Part shown: piece after piece, positions 1 to 14,106 of the stretch | How the letters are laid out: each line of letters begins with the position of its first letter | Numbering within the stretch: the stretch's first letter is position 1 | Assembly: GCA_021613535.1 (NCBI GenBank) | Contig: CP075492.1 | Coordinates: 9,424,001 to 9,488,000 of the forward strand | Direction: 5' to 3' | Origin: Adineta vaga | Lineage: Eukaryota; Animalia; Rotifera | Length of the DNA stretch: 64,000 nt | The notes under the pieces: model-generated | The model's database searches: none | The model's input: the letters and a program-made list of their open reading frames with translations, nothing else | What the model was told of the DNA's origin: nothing | Made by a program: the position numbers and the translations under genes

Positions 1-3000
1 ATTGCTATGGATGTACCCTTACGACCTCAAGAAGTTCATGATCTCGTTAATCGTGCTGGTCGTTTAATTACATCTTATGTCCAAGAATTTCTTCCTGATG
101 ATACTCAACAAACATCATTAACACCATCGACAGTCAACGTTGATACTGGAACTATCAATGCAAGTTTAAATGATACAATAGAAGAACCCAATATGTCAGT
201 TCCATTGGAACGAACAACAACAAAGAAACGTCTAGGTGCACGCCGTAAAGATACGAAAACTCGAAATGTTAATCCACGTCCATTGGAAGCTCAACAAAGT
301 CTCTCATCAGCATCAACAAAACGTCCAATTTTTGAAGCTCATATAACTGCTCATTGTCAAGGCATGACATTTTCTACGACACTTCTTTCAACATTAAAAG
401 CTCAATATAAAATTGGTGTTGTCGAAGGTGTTGCCTATATTGGTGCTACAAAATCACGTTTTACTGCTATTATTCATGAGCATGCTCTTCATTTTCTCAA
501 TAATAATAATAATGATCATCAACAACCTCCAACAGTTAGTTCAGATAATCATGTACGAATTGATTTTCCCGAAATACGTTGTTATGGAAATTATGCATTG
601 CAAGAAGAACCAACAAATAAGATTAAGGGTCATTTAAATCTTCGAACGAAAATTGATTTACTTAAATTAACAATAACAGCAGATTTTCTTGCACAATTAG
701 TTTTCGTTTCCAAAGTTATTATACATGAAATGAATGAAATCTTAGCGAAAGTTTCTGGTTTTGATCAATTTCGTTTTGGTTCAACTAAACATGGACGTTT
801 ATCGTCATCATCAACAATACCAATCATGCGCATTGGTTCAACTGATATCGAAGATGAAGAAGAAGATGATGACGATGATGATGATGATGATGATGAACCA
901 GAAAAAGATCAACAAGCAACATCTGCAACACCATTTACATATAAAATTGACATATCAATGAAAGGTTTTGAAGTTATGGGTCAAACACCATCGAATACAA
1001 TTGTTAAATTCGAAAATGGTGATGATAAAGTACCAATCTTTATTAAGCTAACAAATTATGATGAAAAAAATCCTCTTCTACTCTATAATAAACCATTGAT
1101 CAATGCGTTATTATACATTAAACTCAGTCTAGGACAACTTTTACATACAGGTGGTTTTCAAGATGCTGCTTATTTTAAAACGAAAGTCTTATTAAGAAAT
1201 TCATTTCAAGTAAGTTTCTTTTTTTCTATATCAAACTGATATTTTTGAAAAGATTCAAAATCTATATCGATCTTTCATTCTAGTTCGATGATCCAGAAAA
1301 AGAAGCCTATTTCATTCGTTTAACAAAACCAAGTTTTTATTGGCAACCTGGTGCCATTGATAAAGGTGATTTTAGTTCATATTAACACTTCATCCTAACC
1401 ATTATACTTGTCTGTTTTCTTATCGATTTAGGTATTCTCTTCTGGTTGAATTATAAGAATACTTATGAACATTGGAATGAACAACGTGGTGCATTTACCA
1501 CTACAACAAGTGATTCAACACGTTTACGTTCCATTGTTAATGTTCCAACATCGCCAACAACAAATAAAGAACTAAATCTTATGTTTCAATTACATATCGT
1601 TGATTTAGGTATTGCAATTCCACTTCAACAATATGATCCTCCAACAAAATTAACTACAACAGATAATCCAATGACACCAGGAATTATTACACAACAATCT
1701 GTAGCAACATTGGATGAAAGTAGTGATTTTCTCGTATTTACACTTGATGAAACAACAATATCAGCATGTTCATGTGGTGCTATTATCAGTTCAGGTTCAT
1801 TTGAAGGTTTTTGTTTTCGTTTCGCTGAAAACTTTCAACAAACAAATAACAATTGGAAACCAGAACGTTCATCATCATCATCATCAAATATCATTCTTAA
1901 TGCATGTTGTGTACCAAGTGGACAGTATTTGATGCATTCGCGTGCGAGACATATTTTAAATTCAAATAGTCCTAAATGGTATCTCAATGTACAATGGGAT
2001 ATGAAAGGTATCGATATAAATCTTGATTCAATTATTGGCAAACGTTTTTCTCAATTAATACGTACAATAACATCAACGCAATTAATTGAACCAATGGATC
2101 ATTCGAATAACGAGACGAATTCATCATCGAATTCGAATTTATTAAATACTCAATCGGGTAGTACGAAAAATATTCAAGAAAATATTGATGAAAGTGAAGA
2201 TGATGAAAGAATTAAACGATTAGAATATGAACATTTGATCTTAGGACAAAAGATTGAAACATTAAAGTAAGATTAATTGAAGGTGACAATGAAATGAAAG
2301 GAAGAGATATGTTATTTTACTATATTATAGACGATCTCAAACACCGTATGAAATATTAAAACCAGAATTGGCAAGATATGAATGGCTCGAAAAAGAATTA
2401 TTACATACAGTGAAATCAGAGATTCAACAAATTATGAAAAAACAATCGAATAAGGTATGAATAGGATTGTTTAAGATGTATTTATTAACTAATCTTGAAT
2501 GATCATTGAAAGAATTTCAGTACTATAGAGTAGAGATTTCTAAGATTCAAATGAATATGTGCTATTAAAAGGTTGTAAGTTCATGATCTTTTATACATCT
2601 ATATCTGAATGAGAAGGATCTTTCAAAATAAACACAAATAAATTTTATAGCCATCACCACAGCAACAACAAATCTTTACTTTTCAACAACAAAATGAATT
2701 ATTTCGACGATCAAATATACCTATGGTTCGAATCTCTATTTTCTATTGAATGTTGTGTTTCAATATGTCTTTACGCATGTCTTGTCATAATTATTCATTG
2801 TTTTTCAATATTCCGAGTCAACACATATATATATACATATATAATTGTTGTCATTGTATTGCTTAATGTCTATTTTTGTGATAACATTTGTCTATAAAAA
2901 CAATTAATGACTTCCTTTACTTTGTATTTAGTCGGGACATAATCGTGATCGAAATCGTACTGATTCACCAAGTCATCGACGAACACAATCGCAAGATGTT

Positions 3001-6000
3001 AATGCTAATTCCTATCATCAACAGTAAGTTTGTCTTTGAATTTGTTTATTTTTCTTAAACCAAGAGAAAAAGAAGAACAAGAAAAGATTTATTGTGTACC
3101 TACTAATAGAATACGACGGTATTCACTGAAACATACAGGCACATGTGCATTATCATCATCATCAGGCTTACATCGTCGACGAATGTAAAATTCAACTGAC
3201 TGCTTACACTATTTTCTTCTAACATGCATATATATATACTTTGCTAAATAATTGCATTCGATTTTAACACAAGGGAAAAGAATCAATCTTACATAGAAGA
3301 ATAATGTTACAATGTTTGTTCGTTTATTATTTCATCTTGTTTCTTCTTTTTAGTTCGGATATAATGGTACCTCAACCAGTCATACGTGAAGATGAACTAG
3401 AGAGTGACACACCACGTGCATCAAATTTTAATATTCGGTAAATATAATCAATAACTCGCTAGATGAGCATCTTTCATAAACTTGAAAATTTTCTGTGTAA
3501 CATTCGATTATTTAGTTCTCCTGCTCAAGATCCATCAGTATTTGATGATCATCATTCTATCACTACAAACACACCCAATGAAATTACATCTGCACCGGCT
3601 GTTGATTTAGAATTAAATGTTCAAATTCAAATTGCGAGTGGTTCATGTAATCTATATACACGTCGTGATTTAATATCTCATTCACCATTGACAACAACAA
3701 ATTCAAGTAAACAACAGCAACAACAATTACAAGCAAATATTGGTTCAAGTGTATATATAAATAAAATTGAATATCAAATCTCACAATTTTTCTTGCCGGG
3801 TGTTGATGTTGATGCACATTATAATTCTAAACATAATAATACAACAAATAGTTCATTAAATAAACGTGGTAGCTTCTATTGTAAAGCTATGATACAATCT
3901 CCAACAACACAAATAACAATTCATCCATTATTATTAGATTTTCTTGAGCAAGCACTTGAACATATAACTTTACCAAGTGAACAAGAACGACAAACAAATT
4001 TACAACATGAACAAATGCAAAATATCGATGATGAAAATTCTGAAAATGATCATTTGAAAACGATGTAAGTTGATTGTTGATTAAATTGAAAGAAAAAACA
4101 AGAACTTCGATTAATCGACATTATTATTCTAGGTTTCTCATCGAAGATCAATCATCAACAGCATCATTTCCTATCGATGTCGTCGTTAGTCTTTTCATTC
4201 AACCATCTGTACTTCTCTTTACATGTTTACCAACTCATCCAATGGAATGTGAACTTCGTTTGCCTACAGTTGATGTTGTCTTTTCTTCAAAACGTGCTCT
4301 ACTAGACAATGTTCCATCATCAACAAGCGACAATGAATCTGAACAAATTATTGAGAATTCTCTTGGTGGTTTAAGTTTTTCATTGTATATGAAAGATTTC
4401 AAATTGAATGTATATCATCCATTTTCTGGTGAATCAAAAGTACATTTATTTGAAGATATCCGTTCAGGACAATTACGCACACGTAATGCATTAGCAGTTA
4501 GTGTTCAATCAGTTTCATTTAATATTTCTCGGACACGTTATACTCTTATTGAACGTGATGGTGAATTCTTGAATAATATTCAATTATCAATCATTGGACA
4601 AATTTCAAAAGCACAATTTGAATATGATATCAAACGTTTTTCAGAAATTCTAACATTTCCAAAAATATGGTACAATCGATCATTAGCTCGTCGATTATTC
4701 TTAGGTGACGAAACATTACCAACAACATTACCATCATCACCCTCACCAGTGACAAGGCCAGTAGCTCCAAGTGTGACTAAAACAACAGCAAATAAACAAT
4801 TGCGTAAAGAAGCTCGAGTACTTTTAGCTATTCAATTGAAAGAATTACAAATCTCTATGCGGATGTCAAATGTAATGGGTAAAGTCGAATGGAATACAAC
4901 AGATGTTTCGTCAACGGGTAGTTTAACATTAACAAATGATGGACAACGTGCATTTTTCTTTTCAATTGGTCTTCAAAAATCTGTCTTTCAAGCCGATGAA
5001 GGTATTGTTGGAGGTATAATTCGATTGAAAAATCTCCGAACAACAGGTAAACTCGTTTTCTAAATTAATAAAGAACTGATTTACTAATCATTGAATCTCT
5101 TTCAGGTCTTATTCGACATGGTCTTCACAATCATGCACTTCTTAATGAATCATCTCATGTATTTGATGTTCTTGCAGATGCTATTGAAATTCGTCTTGAT
5201 TATATGAGTTTTCCAACATTAATGGGTCGTATATGTCATATATTACTTCGTTTAAAAGATGATCATCATGGAACTCCAGGTAGTGTTTCCGTGCCTCCTT
5301 CGACACTTGTTCTTGTTAATCTTGAATGGTCTCAATTACATTTGATGATAACACGTTCAACAACTCCGGATATAATTAAAATGGTGTTAAAATTAACGGA
5401 ATTTTTCAATGCACATTTACTCAATTCGAAAAGTTTATTAGCATCAATTCATTATGATTTCCATGATGGTGTTAAACGAAATAATGTCGACAAGAAAACA
5501 ACTAGTGGACAATCAAAATATGATACAAATATTATTAAACGATATATTGGCATGCATGGAGGTGAATTAATGTTACAAGGACATAATTTAACTTTAGTTG
5601 TATTTCATGGTTCAAATTTTAAAGCACGTCAATGGGCATTATTTTCTTTGAATGAACCACAAATTAATTTTGTTACCGATCATGGAGATACAGAAGATAG
5701 TATGTATATCAATCGAATCAGTTATGAATCTATGTTTATTTTGTTTATTTAGTTAATCAAAAATTATTCTTCTATTTGGGCCATCAAGGACAAACAATGC
5801 CAAGATCACGTACAAATATGGCTTCAATATCAAAAGTAACTCGAAATAGCAATGAAGCACCTTCTAATTTAACGATTAATGAATGGTTTAATTATGCAAG
5901 TTCGACTATTTCTGCTGTTGGTATGTATGACTGACTCTATCGCTATATTAGGTTTTACGAAATTCTTTTTCTTCTAGGTTTACGTGATTTTCCAAGTATG

Positions 6001-6728
6001 GATGATGTACCAAACCCAATATTATCAACAAAATTACGTTCGAAACAATATGAACAAAATGCTGAATCAATCTTTATTCTTCCTGGTCTTGAATTACGTT
6101 TTCAAACACGACAATTATCAGGTAATTAATTTCACATTGAAATAAACGAAATCTCAATTTTGTTTTGTTTTTCTTCTCATAGGACAAGTTCATTGTAGTT
6201 TTGAAACTGAATTCTATGAACATATTATGTTCTCGTTCAATGCTGAACATTTCTATTTCTTACATGATCTTATTTCATCTTACATGAAAGAAAAAGAAAA
6301 AGGTAAGAAGAAAAATAAGAGTTGCAATCATGCATTTTTCTTTATTCTCATTTTGATTAGTAACATCACATGATAAACTTCGACAACGAACACCACCGTC
6401 TGCAACACCTTCACATTCCATTGATAATCAAGCATTAACATCATTAGATGAAGTTCGAAGTGATGATATGCGTCATTTCCATTGTCCAGATGCAAAATGG
6501 AAATTACAACCAACAATCAAACTACTTACTGCATATGGCAATGAAGTTGAACCATTTGGTGCTGATTATATTCTACAAAAATTAGGTTTTCGTCATGCAC
6601 GTTTAACAATACCTAAATGGCTTCAACGTGGTATTATGGATCCATGTGAACAATCCATGACAGTCGTACAATTATTTCTTATCTTTCTATTACCCGAACG
6701 TTTCAAAGAGATGTGTATGCGACATTGA
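1..6728 (+). CDS. BLTP1: Bridge-like lipid transfer protein 1 (KIAA1109/Tweek/LPD-3), C-terminal part, multi-exon, 5' end outside window
   Basis: ORFs 7-1239, 1446-2270, 3463-4068, 4074-5063, 5204-5752 and 6468-6728 are joined by short GT-AG introns. Recognisable segments: NACCVPSGQY, LNVQWDMKGIDINLD..IGKR, ILTFPKIWYNRSLARRLFLGD, MSNVMG, and the C-terminal WKLQPTIKLL...DYILQKLGFRHARLTIPKWLQRGIMDP. Confidence 0.9.
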
Positions 6729-6868
6729 TGAAACTTTCAAATAGACAAACAGTTCATAATCCAGCTCAACAATGCATTTGTTTTTCTTTCCTTGTATACT
6801 TTCTAGTCGTTTGTTTGCAACTATGTATAAAAAGAAACACTCAAAATAGACTTCACATATGTGCTGTT

Positions 6869-6872
<4 letters not shown>

Positions 6873-6900
<28 letters not shown>
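6873..6900. repeat. (CT)n microsatellite in the BLTP1 3' region
   Basis: Direct run of ctctct... Confidence 0.9.
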
Positions 6901-6904
<4 letters not shown>

Positions 6905-7188
6905 TATATCCATATATGCGAACTAGGTATTTTTTGTATTTTTTATGAAAAAATTCAATTTAATCAGTTCATGCTTCATTTTTGTGCACGTATGTCTGTG
7001 GATGTGAGAAATAATTTAATAAAAAAAAATATCTGTTAAATTTCAAGTATCAATGATGGAACGATTCGTTGATGATTTCGATCGAGTATAGTTTGAAAAC
7101 ATCTTTCGTCTATTCTATTAGTGCTCATCTCAATAAATGCTATTTTCGTATTCGAATCTTTCTATTCAAGTGAACTTTTATTGACAAA

Positions 7189-9093
7189 TTAGTTTTGATC
7201 AGAAAAAAACTGAATATATGGTGGAGCAGGAATGTCTTCATCTTCTATATCATAGACAGCAGCTTCTTTATATTCACATGGAGTTTCTCTCCATAAATAA
7301 CGATATCCGAATAGTTTTTTTGAAACACATGGACTTGGGATAGTTAAAGATATACTCAAAGGTGATCCTTTGATTTCACTAGCTGGTGCTGATACCCATA
7401 CGGTATCATTAGTTTTACATACTGCTTCCGATATACAACAAATCTAAAATGAAAAAATGAATTGATAATTAATAATAGAGAGTTGCATTCAATCTACTTC
7501 AAAGCCATTGGGATTACGTAATTGAACACCTTTCGATACTTTATCGGAATACATGATTTCAATTTGATGTGTATGAGGTATGATTGAAAAATCGATAATA
7601 ATAGGTCCTTGATAACGTATATTTGTTAAATTATATGCAACAGCAAGACCTGATCGAGATAATCGATAACCAACATCGAATTTATTTCGTGGATGAATTC
7701 TGTTAATGAAGAAAAATCATTTCTTATCAAATGATTTTGACACAAACGAAATGTTCATACCCTCCTTTATCATCACGTAAATCCATTGCTGTTGCCATAA
7801 ATATATTTGGGACAACAGTATTAGGTGTATATCCAACATCAAATGTTTGATGCCAACGAATCCAAGGAAATCCTCCAATTATTTTCCCAGTACTTTCTCG
7901 TGTAGATAACTGTACAGGAAATTATTATCAATATATTCAATTAAACTTCTCTCTTACTTGAACAAAGCCAAAAGGAAATATTGGATCTGTATTCGACATT
8001 GTACGTTCATACCAGATACTTCTCCAATATTCAATCATTTTCGAAAATGTACATTTATATTTATCACGATTGAAATTAACATTGGCTTCACCTAAAACAA
8101 TTCATTGGAAAAATATTTCTTATTCCGTTGATTTATTTATCATACCTTGATACCAAATAGATCCTTTAATAACCATACGTGTAAAAGGATGAATCATAGC
8201 ATTATATAGAACTGTATTATTAAGGACAATATCCAATTTATCATCTTCTTCAGATATTACTCGTTGATTTCTAGAATATATCTATAGAATACATATTGTT
8301 ATAGAATAAGATAACGATACATACCGTGAAATTCCGCAATCTTTGAGAACTTGAGGAGGTGACCAGAGTTCTGCTGCAGTTCCACCCCATGATGTATGTA
8401 CAAGACCAATAGGTCGTCCACCAAGTTCAGACTGAATCATTCGACCGAAGAGCCAACAAACAGCTGATGTATATGGACTACTAACGCTTTCTGCGGATGC
8501 GATTGACCATGGTAAAGCAATAGATAAAAGTTCTTCTTCAGGCATCGCTGATTGTTGTCTCGATGCTGTAAACAATCTAATTTTCGGGTATTTATCAGCA
8601 TTTTCGATTTCAACAGAACCATTGAACATATTTCGAACTGCAAAAGCCATATTAGATTGTCCTGAACAAATCCATACATCGCCGAAATATACATCCTGCA
8701 GTGTTACTGTTGCAATGGTTCCATTGGGTAATGGTTGGTCAACTTGAACTTGAAAAGGACCTTCATCACTCACAGGATCAAGAGTTACTGACCAAATCGA
8801 TTCACCTGTTCTATCCATTGCAAATGACGAACTTCTTGTTCGATGCATTTTCTTGTTCATGGTTAAAACAAGAGGAACATCAAAAGCATCTACATATCCC
8901 CAAACAATAGCGCGTTCGGGAGCACGCTGAAGAACCATATGATCTTGATAATAATTAGCAAATCGAAGTGCTCCATCAACTACAATGATATAGTAGACTC
9001 ATCTCTAATTGATCCTGAATATCTATTTTTGTTTATTATACCTTTTATAAAATAAAGAGTTAACAGAAAACAAAGAATAGAAGATGTATACAT
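7189..9093 (-). CDS. SIAE: Sialate O-acetylesterase (SGNH/SASA family), secreted, multi-exon
   Basis: Signal-peptide exon MYTSSILCFLLTLYFIK (ATG 9093). Motifs RFANYYQDHMVLQRAP, FGDVWICSGQSNM, PIGLVHTSWGGT, IWYQGE, IHPRNKFDVGYRL and the C-terminal PAPPY; stop at 7189. Confidence 0.92.
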
Positions 9094-9717
9094 TCTTCCT
9101 TCGATTTAGACGAACGAACTGTGTAAAGATCTTCAAAGATGTGTTTTAAATAGAACAAAAAAAAAGGTAAATTTTAAGATAAAAGAACGCTTAGTATCTT
9201 CAAGAAAAGATATTTGTTGGTATTAGATAGTGACTATTTTTGATTGTTTAGTACATTTTATGGTCGCCGCAACAAAACAAGATGAGTTTTTATTATGGAA
9301 AACTATCGGATATTTGGTTTTACTTAGTTGTCTATTGCATTACTGTAGCGTAATTAATTGTTCTAATTTTTGTACAATTAACTGAGTACTTATATAATTC
9401 AAGATGTTCATGACTTTAACTGACGGACGTACATTGATTGCAAACATATTTTTTCAATAAGTTACTTCATCCATCGTTGATTTGATTTGTTTCATTCATA
9501 TATGATATTACCTCTTATGGATCGATTTCTTGGAATATGTCGATAGATGTCTCTAGAAACTGAATGTTTTTCGTAACTGCGCACTTTAGCAGAAATAGTA
9601 AAATGGCGGCGAATAACCAATAGATCTTGATGACAAGAACGACGGACACTCATATCACATCACATCACATCACATCACATTGCTTTTATCCTTGTCATCA
9701 TTTATTGACATTCTATT
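9094..9717. promoter_or_regulatory. Probable bidirectional promoter between SIAE and RUFY, with a (CACAT)n run near 9655-9680 and a YY1-like AAAATGGCGGC at 9600-9610
   Basis: Head-to-head gene arrangement; motifs read directly, function inferred. Confidence 0.45.
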
Positions 9718-12400
9718 ATGCAGCCAAAAAAACGATTTTCCCTAACAAATGAAGCCCGTTCTTTCACTAACAATATATTCAATTCCAATGAATCAAGTAA
9801 ATAAAGATGAAAAGATATTATTTAACAGTGATTTACATTGTATTATTACTCATTTTTAGATTCAGATATCTTAATAATTGAACGACAAAATTTACTCTGT
9901 GTATTTAAATTAGTGATTAAAGATTTATTGAATTCCAGTTTAAAACATGAACGTATATTAGAACAAGAAAGTGTACCATTACGACATTTTTTTATTGTTT
10001 TCGAACATATTCTTTTACATGGTTACAATGGTAAAAAAACCTTATTAATGAGTACATCAGCTAATCGAAAAGATCTATGGCCAATTATTGAACTTATCAC
10101 ACGTAAATCAACAGATAGTCATATATCAGATATATCCGTATCATCGAAAGAAATGACAAATATTCGTACACCATTAGGACGTGTACGTGCATGGTTACGG
10201 TTAGCATTAATGCAAAAACATTTAGCTGATTATTTTAAAATTCTTCTTGAACAAAAAGATGAATTAAAAGAATTATACGATTCAGAAGCATTGCTATTAT
10301 CGGAAGATAGTGTCATCATTACAGGTTTACTCGTTGGTCTTAATGTATTGGATTTTAATTTTTGTTTAAAAGAAACATCACTTGATCAACCAGTTGAATC
10401 AATTATTAATTATAGTTTATACTTGCGTGAACGACGTTTCCCATCATTAGCAATAAAAAATACACATCCACCAGGTTCAATACAAGAATCAATCGATGAA
10501 TTAGATGATTGTTCGTCATTATCATCGATATCATCATCACCGGCTATAAGAACAACAATTCAAAATGATGATACAGTTATCATAACAAGTACAAATGATA
10601 TTATATCAATAGATGAAACAAATGGAGATAATTCATATGAACAACGTCTTACAAATATTTTTGATCAAAAGAATTATGTTGAAGAACTCAATCGAAAGTT
10701 AGAGTGAGTAAAATTAAACATTGAATTTTTCCAAAAAGCATTTTTATCGTTTGACAGTCGGACAGTGACTAATTTACAAGAACGTTTAAATATAACGGAA
10801 CAAACAAATCGAAGTTTAATTGAAGAAAGTACAATACAAAAAAGTCGTGTACAACAATTGGAAGAACAAGTAGCAAAACTAACAGAAGAAAAAGAACAAT
10901 TAGTAACATCATATCAACGAAAAATTGAAGTAGAAAATTTTATTTCATTTTGTAAAAATTTATCGTTTGATTTGATTGAATATTTGTAGATTTTAAATGC
11001 TGATATCGAAGTTGAACGAGAAACTTATCAAAAATCTCGAACAGGATTTGATTCAATCTATACTAATTTACAAAAGAAATTTGAAGAAGAACGTGTATCC
11101 AAAGAGGTAAATCTACGAAATTCTTTTCTGAACTCGATTTTTGAATATTTTCCTTCTCTAGAAAATTGAAACCATCTATCAAACTCAAGTTTCTCAAAAT
11201 AATGAATTTCTTGAATCGACAAAAACTATGGAAAAAGATATTGAAATTAAAACAACGTTATACGATCGTATGAAAGAAGATTGTGATCGTTTATCTGAAC
11301 AATTACAAGTAAAAGTTTATGAATGAATGAATTCAAAAATATACATTATTTCTTCTCGATTGTATATTAGATTGTAAAAACAGCAAATGAAAAGAAAGAA
11401 CATCAAATACATTTAATGGAAAAAGAAAATCAAATGCTACGACAAACAATTGATGAATTAGAAACAAAGTATAGTCTTCATTCTTTATGAAACAGATAAT
11501 ACTCGAGATTTATATTTATCTTTTCCTATAAAAATTCCTCTGACGTCAATAGATGTCGGTTAGACTTCAAAAGTTGAACATTTGACATTTTGATGGAAAT
11601 TAAATTATATGTTTTGCTTTATTTAGTATTGAACAAACAAATCAAGAAAAACAAGCACTTGGTGATACAAATGAGAAATTAACTCGAGAAATAATGAAAT
11701 TAGATAGTGAAAAGTTAGTATAGAATTTGATTTGAATAAAACTTTCAATTCATTCAATTCGTCCATAGAACATCGTTAGAAACTGATTTAAATGTTGAAC
11801 AAGAATGTCAAAAACGACTTCAAAAAGCATTATCAAATGAAAAAGAAAGAGTTTCAACACTTCAATTTGATATTCATGAATTAAATTTAATGAAACAAGT
11901 AAATCTTATATCGATTGATTAGTTTCTCTTTTTTTTCATTCATTGTCTTATTTAAAAGGAATATGGTTTATATAAGAAAGAAATGAATAATAAACAAAAT
12001 GATTATGAAAAGAAGTTTCAAGAACAAGAAAAAACTATCGAAGAATTAGCGTTAAAATTACAAGTATCAATCACACGTGAAGATGAATTTCGTGAAAAAG
12101 ATGGTTTACGATCTTCAACATGGGTAAGAGATGAAGATGTTAAAGATTGTTATCAATGTCAGAAAGAATTTAATACAATTCGACGAAAACATCATTGTCG
12201 AAGGTAAGATTTTCCTTCTTTTTATTTTTTTGAAGATGAAGATTTTAACCATCGTAGATATTCTATCTAGTTGTGGTCAAATATTTTGTGAAGCTTGTGT
12301 TGGTACGAAATTAACATTAGCGAGTTCAAGTAAACCGGTGCGTGTTTGCGACGTATGTTGTACACGTGTACTTGCTCAATGTGCAGTAAAAAGTCCATAA
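9718..12400 (+). CDS. RUFY: RUN and FYVE domain-containing protein (RUFY1/2-like), multi-exon
   Basis: RUN domain (FEHILLHG, RTPLGRVRAWLRLALMQKHLADY), coiled coil (DQKNYVEELNRKL) and FYVE domain (WVRDEDVKDCYQC, RRKHHCR, CGQIFCEAC, PVRVCDVC). Exon 1 ATG at 9718 splices in frame. Confidence 0.93.
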
Positions 12401-12604
12401 AACCAATGATTTCTTCTTTCGTGCAATAATTCTTTTTTAACAATCAGATGATTTACAAACGAAGCATTTATTCTTTAGTTTTTGTTTTGTAAATGAAGAT
12501 TCTATTTTTTTTTTGCGTGATTTATGGAATAACAAACGAGTGTTATTGTTGTTGTTGTTGTTTACCTTGAAATTTTAAAAATGATTTTCGTCAATATTTT
12601 CTAG

Positions 12605-13285
12605 ATGTTAAATGATCGTACCATTGATTTTTGTCAACGTGTTTTGAAATTTTGGTTTTCAAATAATCGATGGACAACATTAGATCAATTACCAGAAAAA
12701 AACATGCCAATTACTGAAGCCGATGCAATACGTTGGTTTCGTGTTTCAAAAGAATTCGATCAACAAATACGTGACAATTTTCAAGATGATTTAATATATT
12801 TAATTAATAATGATGATTATGATCAATATTCCGATGATTCCTTTTATCCGGTATATATATTAGCATGTGTCATTGTTCTTGATCAATTTCCACGAAATAT
12901 GTATCGTGGTGATGCGCGTGCATTTGCATTTGATTCGAAAGCAAAAGAATTAGGTGAATCATTGATTCATCATCAAGGTGATAAGAAATTACCGTATGTT
13001 GAACGAATATTTATCAATTTACCATTTGAACATAGTGAAAATCTTGATGATCAGAATAGGGCTGTAAGATATTTTCAAGAATTATATGAAGAAGCTAGGA
13101 ATGATCCATGTTCGAATGAACATGTGTACAATTTTATAAAGCATTTTATTGAAAAATCGCAACAGCATCGAGATCTTATCAAAGAATTCGGGCGTTTTCC
13201 TCACAGAAACGCCGTTCTAAAACGGCAAGCACGTGAAAGTGAAGAAATTTATTTACGAAATGGTGGTGAGCGATTTGGGCAATAA
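12605..13285 (+). CDS. DUF924 family protein, intronless, bacterial/fungal type
   Basis: Motifs VLKFWF, WF...FDQQIRDNF, VIVLDQFPRNMYRG..RAFAFD, ERIFINLPFEHSENLDDQ and HRDLIKEFGRFPHRNAVLKR. Confidence 0.9.
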   Translation: MLNDRTIDFCQRVLKFWFSNNRWTTLDQLPEKNMPITEADAIRWFRVSKEFDQQIRDNFQDDLIYLINNDDYDQYSDDSFYPVYILACVIVLDQFPRNMYRGDARAFAFDSKAKELGESLIHHQGDKKLPYVERIFINLPFEHSENLDDQNRAVRYFQELYEEARNDPCSNEHVYNFIKHFIEKSQQHRDLIKEFGRFPHRNAVLKRQARESEEIYLRNGGERFGQ

Positions 13286-13397
13286 AAAAATCCTATCTAG
13301 TCACATAATGATTACTTTAAATTTGAATGATTTCTATCGAATCAATAATTTTTACTTTTATCTTTTAGATAAATAATTGATTCATAGAAAAATAACA

Positions 13398-13891
13398 ATG
13401 CCCACTGCCCGAGATGATCAACCTGATTTTCGAGAAGCGTTTAGTTTATTTGACGATCGTGGTGATGATAAAATTCCCAAACATCTATTCGGTGAAGTTG
13501 TTCGAGCTGTTGGATTGAATCCAACCGAAGCACAAGTAAAAGGCGCCATACAAAATTTAAAAACGGATCGAATTTCCTTCGAAGAATTTCTACCTTTATA
13601 TGATTCTTTAGCAAAAAAGAAAGATAATCATATGACGGAAGAAGAACTTATTGAAGGTAGATCATATAACGACATTTAATAAGAATTTTATTTTGGTGTT
13701 TATTTTCAGGTTTAAAAGTTTTTGATAAAGAACAGAATGGTAGTATTTCATCTGCTGAACTTCGTCATCTATTAACTAATCTTGGTGAACGTCTATCTGA
13801 TGAAGAAGTTGAACAATTACTATCTGGCTTCGAAGATAAAAGTGGTCTTATCAATTATGAAGAATGGATTCGCAAATTACTTCGTCATTAA
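13398..13891 (+). CDS. Myosin essential (alkali) light chain, EF-hand, 2 exons
   Basis: [30 protein letters not shown], then an intron (about 13658-13709), then [38 protein letters not shown]. Confidence 0.92.
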
Positions 13892-14106
13892 ACATAAAAA
13901 TATCAAATCAAAATATATAAAACATTCCATTTTCTATTTCTCATTCTCTCTCTCTCATTGCTAATGATCAGTGCAAATCTTAGTTCTCTTTTTTAATCGA
14001 TCTGCTTGTATGCATTCCACTTCGTTTTCTTTTCTTTTCTTTTTTTTATACATATATGTAACACGAATTTCAATTTTAGATCATATTAATTGAATTTTTA
14101 TTTCCA

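Noticed and set aside
413-3817. Alternative-frame and antisense ORFs over BLTP1 (and similar ones over other genes)
   Set aside because: Shadow ORFs of real coding exons with no independent motifs.
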